Shown one piece after another: positions 27,298 to 36,956 of a stretch of 64,000 bases of DNA. Source of the stretch: Sphaerochaeta sp. (GTDB taxonomy: Bacteria > Spirochaetota > Spirochaetia > Sphaerochaetales > Sphaerochaetaceae); NCBI RefSeq assembly GCF_036677875.1, contig NZ_JAVBVP010000030.1, one strand, 5' to 3'. The position numbers were made by a program, and so were the translations under genes. The number at the start of each line of letters is the position of its first letter. The first letter of the stretch is position 1. The notes under the pieces were generated by a model. That model worked only from the letters and a program-made list of their open reading frames with translations, did no database searches and was not told where the DNA came from.

Positions 27298-27930
27298 ATG
27301 AAAAAGAAATTCTTGGTTACGCTTCTTGTGGTGTGTGTAGTACTTCCTGCGGCCCTGAGTGCTGCTGTCGTTGATCTGAGCCTTGGTGTAACTGCCCAGT
27401 ACAACCAGAATTTCGGTCAGATCAAAACCGCTTTGGATAGCGAGGATTATACTGGCTTCAGTAAGATCGAGAACTATGCATTCGGTGCTGATGTTCGCGC
27501 CAAACTCTTGATTGCCGAAGTGGATCTGGTCGGCAAGTTCTCCAAGGAAACCATCGATAGTGTTGATTACACCAAGATCGAGACCTTGAGCACCGCCGGT
27601 ATTTCCATGGATCTGCTCGGTCTGCTTCGCCTCGGCTTCGGCATGGGGCCCAACTGGATCGTTCGAATGAACAACGATACTGGTGCATTCACCATTTTCG
27701 ATGCGAATGATAATGCAACGACCCTCGATTCCTTGGGCGAGACCTTCATCAATTCCCCGGTTGCCTATCGTGCAACGGTGGATTTCAACCTCGGCAGTCT
27801 CATGCTCGGTTTGAACTACACGTTGAATACCGATTACACGTTCAAGAACTATCAGGATGTGAACAAGCTGTTCAATGCAAATCTTGATAATGGAACGGTT
27901 GGTGTTTCCCTGCTGTTCTCCTTGTTCTAA
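27298..27930 (+). CDS. Small putative outer-membrane beta-barrel protein (210 aa), paralog of 26624-27244
   Basis: Signal peptide MKKKFLVTLLVVCVVLPAALSA and a C-terminal ...VSLLFSLF. Blocks align by eye with the upstream gene (SLGxxAxY, FGxxVxAxL, SPVxxxA, GTxxxSL). Confidence 0.65.
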   Translation: MKKKFLVTLLVVCVVLPAALSAAVVDLSLGVTAQYNQNFGQIKTALDSEDYTGFSKIENYAFGADVRAKLLIAEVDLVGKFSKETIDSVDYTKIETLSTAGISMDLLGLLRLGFGMGPNWIVRMNNDTGAFTIFDANDNATTLDSLGETFINSPVAYRATVDFNLGSLMLGLNYTLNTDYTFKNYQDVNKLFNANLDNGTVGVSLLFSLF

Positions 27931-27950
27931 TAGCTTGCTGCATGGTATCC

Positions 27951-27976
27951 TCAGGCCCGGAGAAATCCGGGCCTGA
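27951..27976 (+). terminator. Candidate rho-independent terminator after the OMP pair
   Basis: Perfect 10-bp stem TCAGGCCCGG-agaaat-CCGGGCCTGA followed by a T-rich ATTCCTTTTC. Confidence 0.6.
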
Positions 27977-28027
27977 ATTCCTTTTCGCCTTCGGCCAAGT
28001 ATGATACAGTGTCCAAAGGAGATCACC

Positions 28028-28366
28028 ATGGCAAAAAAAGGGTTCTTTCATGCATTTCTGTCCTCCATAACGGTGGCGGTTCTGTCCTTCTTCATCATGT
28101 ATTTCTTCATTCCCAGCATGAGCATGCAGTTTTTGGGAGTTAGCTTCGCCTATCGCGCAGGGACGGTCAATGCGTTGGTGCTCGATGCCGTCAATGGTGC
28201 CGTTGACCAAGTCAGGAACAATCCCGAATTCACCAAGGAATCATTTGCCCGACTGCAGTCGTTACTTTCCAGCAAAGAGGTACAGCAAAAGCTCACTGAT
28301 GCTGCCAAACAGGGCGAGCAGGTCCTGCAGGATGCGCTGAAGCAAGTGACGGATATGGCAAAATGA
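28028..28366 (+). CDS. Hypothetical single-pass membrane protein (112 aa)
   Basis: AAGGAG upstream of ATG 28028. One N-terminal TM segment (LSSITVAVLSFFIMYFFI), then a helical tail. The stop overlaps the next start (ATGA). Confidence 0.55.
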   Translation: MAKKGFFHAFLSSITVAVLSFFIMYFFIPSMSMQFLGVSFAYRAGTVNALVLDAVNGAVDQVRNNPEFTKESFARLQSLLSSKEVQQKLTDAAKQGEQVLQDALKQVTDMAK

Positions 28367-29136
28367 AGGCATTTGAAGTCACTTTTCTTGGTACCGGAAC
28401 AAGCCATGGTATTCCGGTAATCGGGTGTACCTGCCCGGTCTGCATGTCTTCCGACGTCCATGACAAGCGATACCGTTCAAGCATTTTGCTCAGGGAAGGA
28501 GAACATACCCTGCTCGTCGATACGACCCCTGAGTTCCGACTTCAGGCTCTCCGTTCGAATCTGACCAAGCTTGATGCCGTGCTCTATACCCATGACCATG
28601 CCGATCATTTCAACGGTATTGACGATCTGAGGGTGTTCTGCAGGGACCGCAGTTTGGATGTATACTGTTCTGAGGAGGTGGCATCGGCCATCGAGAGCCG
28701 GTTCAGTTATGTTCTGGGGGGCGATGATGTCGCAGGAGGGATCCCCCACCTCAACATACATACGCTCAAGGCGTATGAAACGGTGTGCATTTCCTCTTTC
28801 GAAGTTACCCCGATCCCCATCCTGCATGGGAAAAAACAGATTTTTGCCTTTCGTATCGGATCATTCGCCTATGCCACTGATTGCAGTGAGGTTCCTCAAC
28901 AAAGCATCCCGTATTTTCAGGATCTCGATGTCTTGGTGGTGGGGGCATTGCGGTATTGGCCGCATCCGACTCATTACAGTGTTTTCGAAGCCACTGCGTT
29001 CGCAAAAAGCGTGGGGGCGAAGGATGTATATTTCACCCATCTCAGCCACGGACTGAGTCACCAAGGGCTTCAAGCCGAATTACCCGAAGGCTTTCATGTT
29101 GCCTATGATACCTTGACTTGCTCGATAGGAGGCTAG
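28363..29136 (+). CDS. MBL-fold metallo-hydrolase, PhnP-like
   Basis: HDHADH metal motif, plus an N-terminal GTGTSHGIPVIGCTCPVC Cys cluster as in PhnP-type phosphodiesterases. Confidence 0.8.
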   Translation: MKAFEVTFLGTGTSHGIPVIGCTCPVCMSSDVHDKRYRSSILLREGEHTLLVDTTPEFRLQALRSNLTKLDAVLYTHDHADHFNGIDDLRVFCRDRSLDVYCSEEVASAIESRFSYVLGGDDVAGGIPHLNIHTLKAYETVCISSFEVTPIPILHGKKQIFAFRIGSFAYATDCSEVPQQSIPYFQDLDVLVVGALRYWPHPTHYSVFEATAFAKSVGAKDVYFTHLSHGLSHQGLQAELPEGFHVAYDTLTCSIGG

Positions 29137-29138
29137 GA

Positions 29139-31988
29139 ATGGATGAGTTGTTCACTGAACAGGAATTTGACCAGGAAACCCTGAAGGCCGAAGCCGGGAA
29201 CCGCCCGTTGTCCATACCACCGAAACAAAAGGAACCTGATCCCAGCCCACAGCCGGCGAGGTTCGGGGACTTGAAAAAGTTGTACATCATTGATGGATAC
29301 GGCTTGATCTACCGCTCGTATTACGGGTTTTTCGCCAACCCGATGCGTGACACGCAAGGCAACAACATCTCGGCCGTCTACGGGTTCTTCTCCACCGTGT
29401 TGAAGTTGATCAGGGAGTACAATCCCGATTATCTGGTAGTGGCGATGGACAGCAAAGGCCCGACATTCCGCCATACCTTGTACGAACCGTATAAAGCCAA
29501 CCGGGAAGCGGCTCCCGAAGACCTGCATACACAGGTCCCCCTGATCGAGTCGATTCTCAAAGCCCTGCATATTCCTACTATCGCGATGGATGGATATGAG
29601 GCGGATGACATCATCGCAACCCTCAGCGAGGAGGCGACGCGTCACCAGCTCGATACAATCATGTTCACTGGGGACAAGGATCTGCTGCAATTGGTGGACG
29701 ACCATACTTTTGCGCTCCGGCCGGCGAAGAAACATGAGAAATTCTATCGACTGATGGGGTGCCTGGAAGTAGAGGAGGAGTATGGGATCAAGCCGAACCA
29801 GATTGTCGACTATCTTTCCCTGCTCGGGGATTCCTCGGACAATGTGCCCGGCGTGAAAGGCATCGGCGAGAAGGGAGCGGTGAAGCTGCTGCAACAATTC
29901 GAGACGCTGGAAGGTATTTATGCAAATCTTAGGTTGATCGCCCCCGGTCTGCAGAAAAAACTTGCCGAAGGGGAGCAGAACGCCAAGCTCAGCAAGGAAT
30001 TGGTGGAACTCAGGCGCGACCTGTTCCAAGTAGAGACATTCGATACCGAACAGTTTCTGGTCAGGGATGTGCGCTATGAGGCGGCCATTCCCTTGTTTCA
30101 ACAGATCGGGATGCGAACCATCATCAAGGAGCTGGGAAGAGTTGGACAGGTGGAAGTGCCTGTTCGTATGCAACCTGTGGAGGCAAAGTCATCAACCCAG
30201 ACACCGGCTCACTACCAGGCGGTAACCACGCTGGAGGAGCTTACGCGGCTGCTCGCCAAAGCTGAGGCTACGCACAAACCGGTCGCTTTCGATACCGAGA
30301 CGACCAGCTTGGATGCGATGGTCGCCCAAGTCATAGGATTTTCCTTCTGTTGGGAGGAGGGGACCGCCTACTATGTTCCCTTGGTCCATGAAGGACGTCC
30401 CTTGCTCGACAAGGATGCCGTCAAGCGGGTGCTCATCGAGTATCTCCAGACGAAGCGGCTTCCCGTGGTCGGCCAGAATTTCAAATATGACTACAAGGTG
30501 CTCTGCCAATGGGGTATCGTTCCAGCCAATCTGGTGTTCGACACCATGGTTGCGGCCTGGTTGCTCGACAGTACCTCGACGTTCAACATGGATTTTCTTG
30601 CCGAGAAGTATCTGGACTACAAGACGGTCCATTATACCGACATCGTGCCCAAGGGAAGCCAGCTTAGCGATATTGCCTTGGATCAGGCGGTCTTCTATGG
30701 AGCCGAGGATGCAGAGATCACCTTCCGCCTGTACCGGTTGTTCAGTGAATTGCTTCAGGCAAGAGGTTTGCAGAAACTTCTCACTGCGGTGGAAATGCCG
30801 TTGCTCTTGATCATCGCAAGGATGGAAATGGCGGGTATTCATTTGGAAAGGACCTTGATCGAGCCGCTGACAAGCGAATTCGACCAAAGGATCGAAGCCA
30901 TCAAGGCACAGGTCTTTTCTCTTTGCGGTCATGAGTTCAATCTCAACTCCCCGCAGCAGTTGCAGCAGGTGCTGTTCGTCGAGCGGGAAATTCCCACCGG
31001 GGCGAAGACACGCTCAGGATTCTCCACGTCCACCGATGTATTGGAACCGCTTCGTTCCACCTATCCTGAAGTGGAATTGCTCTTGCAGTACCGAATGCTC
31101 AACAAGCTCAAGACTACGTACATCGACAAGCTTCCGCAGCAGATAAATCCCAAAACCGGACGCATCCACCCCTCCTTCTCCCAGACGGGCACGGAAACCG
31201 GCAGGCTCAGTTGCAAGGACCCGAACCTACAGAACATCCCGGTCAGAACCGAGGAAGGACGGCGGATTCGTTCCGCCTTCATCCCCAAACCTGGTTGCGT
31301 GTTTCTGTCCGCCGACTACTCGCAGATTGAATTGGTGGTCCTTGCCCATATGGCTGATGACCCGGGGCTCAAGCAGGCGTTCGCAATGGGGGTCGATGTT
31401 CACCGGTCGACGGCAAGCCTCATCTTTGATGTTCCGCTTGAGGAGGTGAGCGCCGACCAGCGAAGGATTGCCAAGACGATCAACTTCGGCGTCATGTACG
31501 GCATGGGTGTGCACAGTCTTGCTACCGATCTGATGATCAGCCATGCCGAGGCGAAACAGTTCATCGACCAGTATTTCGAACGATACAGTGCCGTGCAGGC
31601 TTTTGTGGAAACAACGCGACTCCGCTCTGAGCAGGATGGTTATGTTTCCACCTTGCTCGGACATGTGCGGACGATTACGGAAATCAACAGCCGCAGTGCC
31701 GTTGAACGGGCCAAAGCCCAACGCATTGCCGTCAACACGGTAATCCAGGGTAGTGCAGCCGACATCATGAAGCTCGCCATGCTTCGGGTCGACGGCATGC
31801 TTGCCCAAGCCGGGCTCTCTGCTCATCTGTTGCTTCAGATACACGACGAACTGGTATTCGAGGTGCCCGAGGCGGAAATCGAACAAACGAAAGCAGTCGT
31901 CAAGGAAGCCATGGAGAAAGCGGCCGAATTGAGTGTCCCGTTGAAGACCAGCATTGAAGTGGGGAAGGATTGGGGGGAAATACACTGA
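29139..31988 (+). CDS. polA: DNA polymerase I
   Basis: AGGAGG lies 8 nt upstream of ATG 29139. It has the 5'-nuclease domain (YIIDGYGLIYRSYY, GDKDLLQL), a 3'-5' exonuclease domain (FDTETTSLD) and the polymerase motifs (DYSQIELVVLA, RRIAKTINFGVMYG, QIHDELVFE). Confidence 0.95.
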   Translation: MDELFTEQEFDQETLKAEAGNRPLSIPPKQKEPDPSPQPARFGDLKKLYIIDGYGLIYRSYYGFFANPMRDTQGNNISAVYGFFSTVLKLIREYNPDYLVVAMDSKGPTFRHTLYEPYKANREAAPEDLHTQVPLIESILKALHIPTIAMDGYEADDIIATLSEEATRHQLDTIMFTGDKDLLQLVDDHTFALRPAKKHEKFYRLMGCLEVEEEYGIKPNQIVDYLSLLGDSSDNVPGVKGIGEKGAVKLLQQFETLEGIYANLRLIAPGLQKKLAEGEQNAKLSKELVELRRDLFQVETFDTEQFLVRDVRYEAAIPLFQQIGMRTIIKELGRVGQVEVPVRMQPVEAKSSTQTPAHYQAVTTLEELTRLLAKAEATHKPVAFDTETTSLDAMVAQVIGFSFCWEEGTAYYVPLVHEGRPLLDKDAVKRVLIEYLQTKRLPVVGQNFKYDYKVLCQWGIVPANLVFDTMVAAWLLDSTSTFNMDFLAEKYLDYKTVHYTDIVPKGSQLSDIALDQAVFYGAEDAEITFRLYRLFSELLQARGLQKLLTAVEMPLLLIIARMEMAGIHLERTLIEPLTSEFDQRIEAIKAQVFSLCGHEFNLNSPQQLQQVLFVEREIPTGAKTRSGFSTSTDVLEPLRSTYPEVELLLQYRMLNKLKTTYIDKLPQQINPKTGRIHPSFSQTGTETGRLSCKDPNLQNIPVRTEEGRRIRSAFIPKPGCVFLSADYSQIELVVLAHMADDPGLKQAFAMGVDVHRSTASLIFDVPLEEVSADQRRIAKTINFGVMYGMGVHSLATDLMISHAEAKQFIDQYFERYSAVQAFVETTRLRSEQDGYVSTLLGHVRTITEINSRSAVERAKAQRIAVNTVIQGSAADIMKLAMLRVDGMLAQAGLSAHLLLQIHDELVFEVPEAEIEQTKAVVKEAMEKAAELSVPLKTSIEVGKDWGEIH

Positions 31989-32596
31989 TGATGGTCATTG
32001 GATTGACCGGAAAGGCATGTGCAGGGAAGAACCAATATGCCGAGGTATTCGCTCAGGCGGGGTGCAAAGTGATTGATGTGGATCTGCTGGGACATGACGC
32101 GCTTGAACAAAGCAAGGACGAATTGCTTCAGGCGTTCGGAGCTGCCGTGTTCACCGACGGACGAATCGACCGCAAGGCGCTTGGAGCCTTGGTATTTTCC
32201 AATCCGGAAAAACTGCAATTGCTGGAGTCCATCACCCATCCGAAGATGGTGTCGGCGTGCAAGGCCATCATTGATGCGGAACGATCGCAGCCAACTGCTG
32301 CCGTCATCCTCAATGCAGCCCTACTCAAACGGATGGGCTTGGTGACGCTCTGTGATCGGGTGCTCTTCATCGATGCTCCGCTTTGGCTTCGATTTTTGCG
32401 ATGTAGAAAACGGGAGTCGTTGTCTTGGCGTCGTTTCCTCGCACGAGAGCGTGTCCAAAAAGACATTACCTTTCATGCGATCGGAAGCGCTGTCGCATGT
32501 GAACGTATGCGCAATAGCCACTCCAAACGGTTAATTCATCGACAAGTTGCAACCTATTGTGCTACGATAGGAATCAAGATTTCCCATTCAGGTTGA
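31988..32596 (+). CDS. coaE: Dephospho-CoA kinase
   Basis: P-loop-like IGLTGKACAGKN at the N-terminus. ATG 31988 overlaps the polA TGA (TGATG). Confidence 0.8.
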   Translation: MMVIGLTGKACAGKNQYAEVFAQAGCKVIDVDLLGHDALEQSKDELLQAFGAAVFTDGRIDRKALGALVFSNPEKLQLLESITHPKMVSACKAIIDAERSQPTAAVILNAALLKRMGLVTLCDRVLFIDAPLWLRFLRCRKRESLSWRRFLARERVQKDITFHAIGSAVACERMRNSHSKRLIHRQVATYCATIGIKISHSG

Positions 32597-32621
32597 AATC
32601 GTGTCAGTATGAGGGTTTGAA

Positions 32622-33773
32622 ATGAAGAAATCGGTACGGATCAATTTGCTGGTCATCACCATTGTCGTGACGCTCTTCGCCTTTGCGGGCCTCTGGTATC
32701 TGCGTCCGGGAGTCCCCAATGAGATTCTAGCCCAAGCAAAACTTCGACAGACCCAACCATTGATGGAAGTCACCCCTCCGCTTAGAAAGCCGGTTGTGGA
32801 ACAGGTCGCCGATACCTCTGCCTTGGAGGCGCAGTTGCTTCCCAAGCTCAAGGAACAATTGGAACCGACCTTGACCGATGCAATCAAGACCCAATTGCTT
32901 TCGGACCAGACACTTGTCGCTTCCCTTGCCTCTTCTTTGCAGCCGTTGCTTCTTGACCAGCTGAAACAGCAGTGGCAAAGTACTGCAGCTGGCATCCAGA
33001 AGTCACTCGAGGCTTCAACGGTTTCCTCCTTGGAATCCTATGTGAATACGCAGGTGCAAGCCTTGCGCAGCGAAGGCCTGGCGTATGGGTCGTCCCTCAC
33101 CCAGACCATGAATACAACCATCTCGGATGCCAAGGCTTCCGTCGAGGCGTACATTCCCCAGATTGTCGATGGCATGATACCCATGGTGGTCAAGCAGGTG
33201 GTCGCCCAGCTGGAGGCGAACAAGGATAGCTATCTTGCCTATTTCGCGGAGAAACTGCCCAAGGGATTGGGTGAGGCTGATCTGCTTGCGCTCTATGATT
33301 CCTATCGTAATCAGATCATCAAGGATCTGGTTCCTTCCTTGTTGGATGGTATGGAAGGGACGGTTCGTTCCCAAGTCGATGCCTATGTGGCGAAGATGCC
33401 GCTGGTTCGTGTTCCTGCTGCCCCTGCAGTTCCCTCGGTGAACGTGAATGCAGTGGAGCAACCGATGCCTGCGTTGGAAACGGTTGCACAGCCCGTTGCT
33501 GTTGAACCGGTACCGACAGTCGAACCGGTCGCTGTCCCTGCTGTCGAGCCGACTGCCACCGTCGCCCCGACGCCTGTCGTCACCCAACCAGTGGTGAGTG
33601 TTGAACAAACACCCAGCCAGCCGGTTCTGAAGGAAGGGCTCGAACCGATCACCCTCCCGGTTTTCGAGGAGAAACCCCAGGTTGTCTATCTTGATCCGGT
33701 AGTGTATGAGCAGCAGCGACAGGATATCCGAACCAAAGCCATCGACGAGGTGCTCAAGCGTCTGGCTCCGTAA
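32622..33773 (+). CDS. Hypothetical membrane-anchored protein with Pro/Val-rich segment (383 aa)
   Basis: N-terminal TM segment (INLLVITIVVTLFAFAGLWYL), ~240 aa of helical Q/L/S-rich sequence, then a ~90-aa PV-rich tract and a short conserved-looking tail. Confidence 0.65.
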   Translation: MKKSVRINLLVITIVVTLFAFAGLWYLRPGVPNEILAQAKLRQTQPLMEVTPPLRKPVVEQVADTSALEAQLLPKLKEQLEPTLTDAIKTQLLSDQTLVASLASSLQPLLLDQLKQQWQSTAAGIQKSLEASTVSSLESYVNTQVQALRSEGLAYGSSLTQTMNTTISDAKASVEAYIPQIVDGMIPMVVKQVVAQLEANKDSYLAYFAEKLPKGLGEADLLALYDSYRNQIIKDLVPSLLDGMEGTVRSQVDAYVAKMPLVRVPAAPAVPSVNVNAVEQPMPALETVAQPVAVEPVPTVEPVAVPAVEPTATVAPTPVVTQPVVSVEQTPSQPVLKEGLEPITLPVFEEKPQVVYLDPVVYEQQRQDIRTKAIDEVLKRLAP

Positions 33774-34833
33774 TCGGATCCGGGTAGACCCTCCGTTCAC
33801 CGTCAATCGTTCTGAATTCCCACCGGCCGCAACCTGATTGTTCAGACAGGTATCCTGTGATCAAGGGAACCTTGCCTCCCCCTTGGGGAAGGTCGACAGC
33901 ATACAGGGGCATGGCAAGCCCGCTAAGCCTTCTTCTCAGTTCCTTCTCAAGGGCCAACCCCAGTTCCAGCGGGACCCTGAAATGGTTGGTTCCCGATACC
34001 AGATCCCCTTGGAAGAGGTAATACGGTTTGATCCGGTTGAATACCAACGAGTTGCACAACGCTTCCAAGGTGTCAGCATCATCATTGACGCCTTTGAGCA
34101 GTACCGTCTGGTTCATTGCAGGGATTCCTGCATCGACGAACCGTTTGACGGCGAGGCAAGCTTGTTCGGTCAACTCCCGGGGGTGATTGAATTGGGTCAT
34201 CAGATAAAACGGTGCGCTGGCATGCGTTTTGAGCATATCCACCAAAGCTTGGGTGATGCGCATCGGATAACTTGCCGGCATGCGGGTACAGAGCCTGATG
34301 ACCAGGTCAGGCCGTTTGGAGCGGAAAGCTTCGATCATCGCCGAAAGATTACTGTCCGAAAGGGTGAGGACATCCCCCCCGGTAAACAGTATCTCCTTGA
34401 CCTGGGGATGCTCAGCCACATAGGCGGCAGCTTCGTCTATTTGTTGCGCGGTAGCGGGACCTTGGAAGGTTCCGGTGAATCTTCGACGGAAGCAATGCCT
34501 GCAGTGCATGGCACAGACGTCGGTGGTCAGGAAAGCCACCCTGCTCGGGTACCGATGGATCAAGCGGTCGGTTACACTGTGATCGACCTCGGCCAACGGA
34601 TCCAGATATTCCTGCTGGATGAAGATTTGTTCTGCATCGGTGGGAACCACCTGTCTGCGAAGCGGGTCATTGGGATCGTCAGGATCGATGAGGTTGAGAA
34701 AATAGGATGGGATGCGTAGGGGAAGGGTGGTGGTGCTATCTTGGTCGAACAACTGTTCTGATTTTGTAAGCTGTAGGTATGTTGAAAGCTCTTCCTTGCT
34801 CTTGATGATCGTGTGTGTCGGTGTTGCTTGCAT
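33754..34833 (-). CDS. epmB: KamA-family radical SAM lysine 2,3-aminomutase, EpmB-like (359 aa)
   Basis: CAMHCRHCFRRR (CxxxCxxC) radical-SAM motif, with PNDPLRRQVVPT and FTGGDVL blocks as in YjeK/KamA. I take ATG 34833 as the start. The rest of the 719-aa ORF is antisense to the MFS gene. Confidence 0.8.
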   Translation of the reverse strand: MQATPTHTIIKSKEELSTYLQLTKSEQLFDQDSTTTLPLRIPSYFLNLIDPDDPNDPLRRQVVPTDAEQIFIQQEYLDPLAEVDHSVTDRLIHRYPSRVAFLTTDVCAMHCRHCFRRRFTGTFQGPATAQQIDEAAAYVAEHPQVKEILFTGGDVLTLSDSNLSAMIEAFRSKRPDLVIRLCTRMPASYPMRITQALVDMLKTHASAPFYLMTQFNHPRELTEQACLAVKRFVDAGIPAMNQTVLLKGVNDDADTLEALCNSLVFNRIKPYYLFQGDLVSGTNHFRVPLELGLALEKELRRRLSGLAMPLYAVDLPQGGGKVPLITGYLSEQSGCGRWEFRTIDGERRVYPDPITEPDA

Positions 34834-34950
34834 GCAGATGGTGTAGCCTAAACCAAGGATTTCGTCCAGACATGGAGGAAAGCTTCTCCCTTTTGTCAGT
34901 TTATATGGTACACTCATACCACCTGCATCACGCAAAGGAGTCGTACGAGT

Positions 34951-36249
34951 ATGGCTACACACCAGAAACGAGGTCTGAAGGGGTATTATCTCACCACCTT
35001 TCTGATCGGTCTCGGTTTTTTCACCATGGGGTTGATGGATCCACTGTATGATACGTATGTTCCCATTTTTCTGGCTAAATTTGTAGAATCGAAAGCTTTG
35101 ATCGGTTCCATCATGACCTTTGACAACATGTTGGCCATCTTCTTGATTCCTGTATTCAGTGCCATCAGCGACCGGACCCATACCAGGATCGGAAGGCGGA
35201 TGCCCTTCATCGTTATTTGCCTGCCGGTAACCGCCGTCGCTTTCGGCCTGATTCCCTATTCGGCGCTGTCCAGCCTTTGGCTGCTCATCCTGTTGATCTT
35301 CATCCTCAACCTGTTCAAACAGGCAGTGCGCGGTCCGGTCGTGGCGCTCATGCCCGACATGATCCCCGGTAATCTGAGAAGTGAGGCCAACGGGGTGATC
35401 AACACGATGGGAGGCATTGCCACTATCGTCGGGACGGTTGGATTGGCCCGTCTGATGGACGTTCCGATCAATCTTCCCGGCCGCGGCCCGACCAAGGACA
35501 TCCTTGCATTCCCCATCTCCTCGATTCTCATCATCATTGCCGTGCTTCTTCTGTTCTTCTTCGTCAAGGAGAAGAAAGCCGTAGACCATGAGCAATCGGA
35601 AAAGAAGGAACCGATCCTCCACTCCTTGAAGGTGATATTTGCAGAACAGGACAAGAGTGCCCTGTTCATCCTCCTGTCCTTGCTGTTCTGGTTCATCGGC
35701 TACCAGGGGATTCTCCCCTTCGTGGGGTTGTACAGCAAGGATATTCTGAAGACCAGCAGTGGTACCGCCAGCCTGGCTGCAGGCATGGTGGGCATTGCCT
35801 ATGCCATCTTTGCCATTCCGAGCGGCATCGTAGCCCATCGGTTGGGAAGAAAGAAGACGATCCGTTTCTCCCTCATGGTTCTGGTGGTTTTGCTGGCGGG
35901 AATTTTCTTCCATGATCCGCTCACCGCATCCATGAGTGCCGCTGTCCGGCAGTATACCTTCTGGGCCTTACTCTTCTGTTTCGGTATCTTCTGGGTTTCG
36001 GTCGTTACCAACAGTTTCCCGATGCTTTGGCAGATGTCGACCTATCAGACGGTGGGAATCTATACCGGGTTGTATTATTTCTTCAGTCAATTGGCTTCCA
36101 TCATTTCGCCCCCGATAACCGGGGCGTTCATTGACGCCTTCGGTTTCAGGGCAATTTTCCTCTACGGTTCGGCTTCCATGCTGGTAGCCTTCTTCTTGAT
36201 GGGCAGTGTCCATCGGGGAGAACCCGAGGATGACCAATTGGAATCCTAA
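34951..36249 (+). CDS. MFS transporter
   Basis: AAAGGAG upstream of ATG 34951. About 12 predicted TM segments. DRTHTRIGRRMPF loop between TM2 and TM3, typical of MFS/GPH-like carriers. Confidence 0.85.
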   Translation: MATHQKRGLKGYYLTTFLIGLGFFTMGLMDPLYDTYVPIFLAKFVESKALIGSIMTFDNMLAIFLIPVFSAISDRTHTRIGRRMPFIVICLPVTAVAFGLIPYSALSSLWLLILLIFILNLFKQAVRGPVVALMPDMIPGNLRSEANGVINTMGGIATIVGTVGLARLMDVPINLPGRGPTKDILAFPISSILIIIAVLLLFFFVKEKKAVDHEQSEKKEPILHSLKVIFAEQDKSALFILLSLLFWFIGYQGILPFVGLYSKDILKTSSGTASLAAGMVGIAYAIFAIPSGIVAHRLGRKKTIRFSLMVLVVLLAGIFFHDPLTASMSAAVRQYTFWALLFCFGIFWVSVVTNSFPMLWQMSTYQTVGIYTGLYYFFSQLASIISPPITGAFIDAFGFRAIFLYGSASMLVAFFLMGSVHRGEPEDDQLES

Positions 36250-36821
36250 AAAGGAAGGATTCCCAGATGGGAGAGGAGGATTTTCAATCCGATCGCCAGT
36301 AAGGTGACTCCTCCCACAATTCCTGCTTTGCTTTGCAAGCGGTTGCCGAATCGGTTTCCGATGGCAACCGCGGCGAAGGAAAGTACGAAGGTGATCAGCC
36401 CGATGCAGGAGACCGAGCGGATGATGTCGGTCTTCAGAAATGCAAGGGTGATGCCTACCGCCAGTGCGTCGATGCTGGTGGCGATGGAAAGGAGCAGCAG
36501 CTCCTTGAGATCGAGATGCTCTACGCTCTCGATGGGACAGGAAGGGTCTTCGGTAAGGGAGTCGTAGAGCATCTTTGCTCCGATGATTCCCAAGAGAATG
36601 AAGGCGATCCAATGGTCGATGGCGGTGATGTAACGCTCGAACTGGAGTCCCAGTACCCATCCCAATAGAGGCATGGCTGCTTGGAAGAAACCGAAGAAAA
36701 GCGCGATTACCAGTGCTTGGGCATACTTGATCCTGCGCATGCGCAGTCCTTTGCACAGAGACACGGCAAACGCATCCATGGCAAGACCTACGGACACCAG
36801 CAACAGTTCAATGATTCCCAA
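36246..36821 (-). CDS. mntP: Manganese efflux pump MntP
   Basis: Two repeated halves with the LAMDAF / SIDAL motifs characteristic of MntP. TTG start at 36821 with GGGGGT upstream. Confidence 0.8.
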   Translation of the reverse strand: MGIIELLLVSVGLAMDAFAVSLCKGLRMRRIKYAQALVIALFFGFFQAAMPLLGWVLGLQFERYITAIDHWIAFILLGIIGAKMLYDSLTEDPSCPIESVEHLDLKELLLLSIATSIDALAVGITLAFLKTDIIRSVSCIGLITFVLSFAAVAIGNRFGNRLQSKAGIVGGVTLLAIGLKILLSHLGILPF

Positions 36822-36956
36822 ACGAGTACCCCCACGATGAAGACTGGTAAAGTATAGGGGGTTTCCGCAGGAAGGACAAGAATTCCCTAAAAATCAAGAA
36901 ATATTTAATTTGTTGTATTTCCAACATACGCTTGCAGTGATGCAGGGTATTCTCTA

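Noticed and set aside
34834-35913. N-terminal 360 aa of the 719-aa minus-strand ORF (33754-35913)
   Set aside because: This part is antisense to a well-formed 12-TM MFS transporter and reads as biased junk (E/Q/G/H/D-rich). The KamA-family homology begins only at Met 34833, so I call only 33754-34833.
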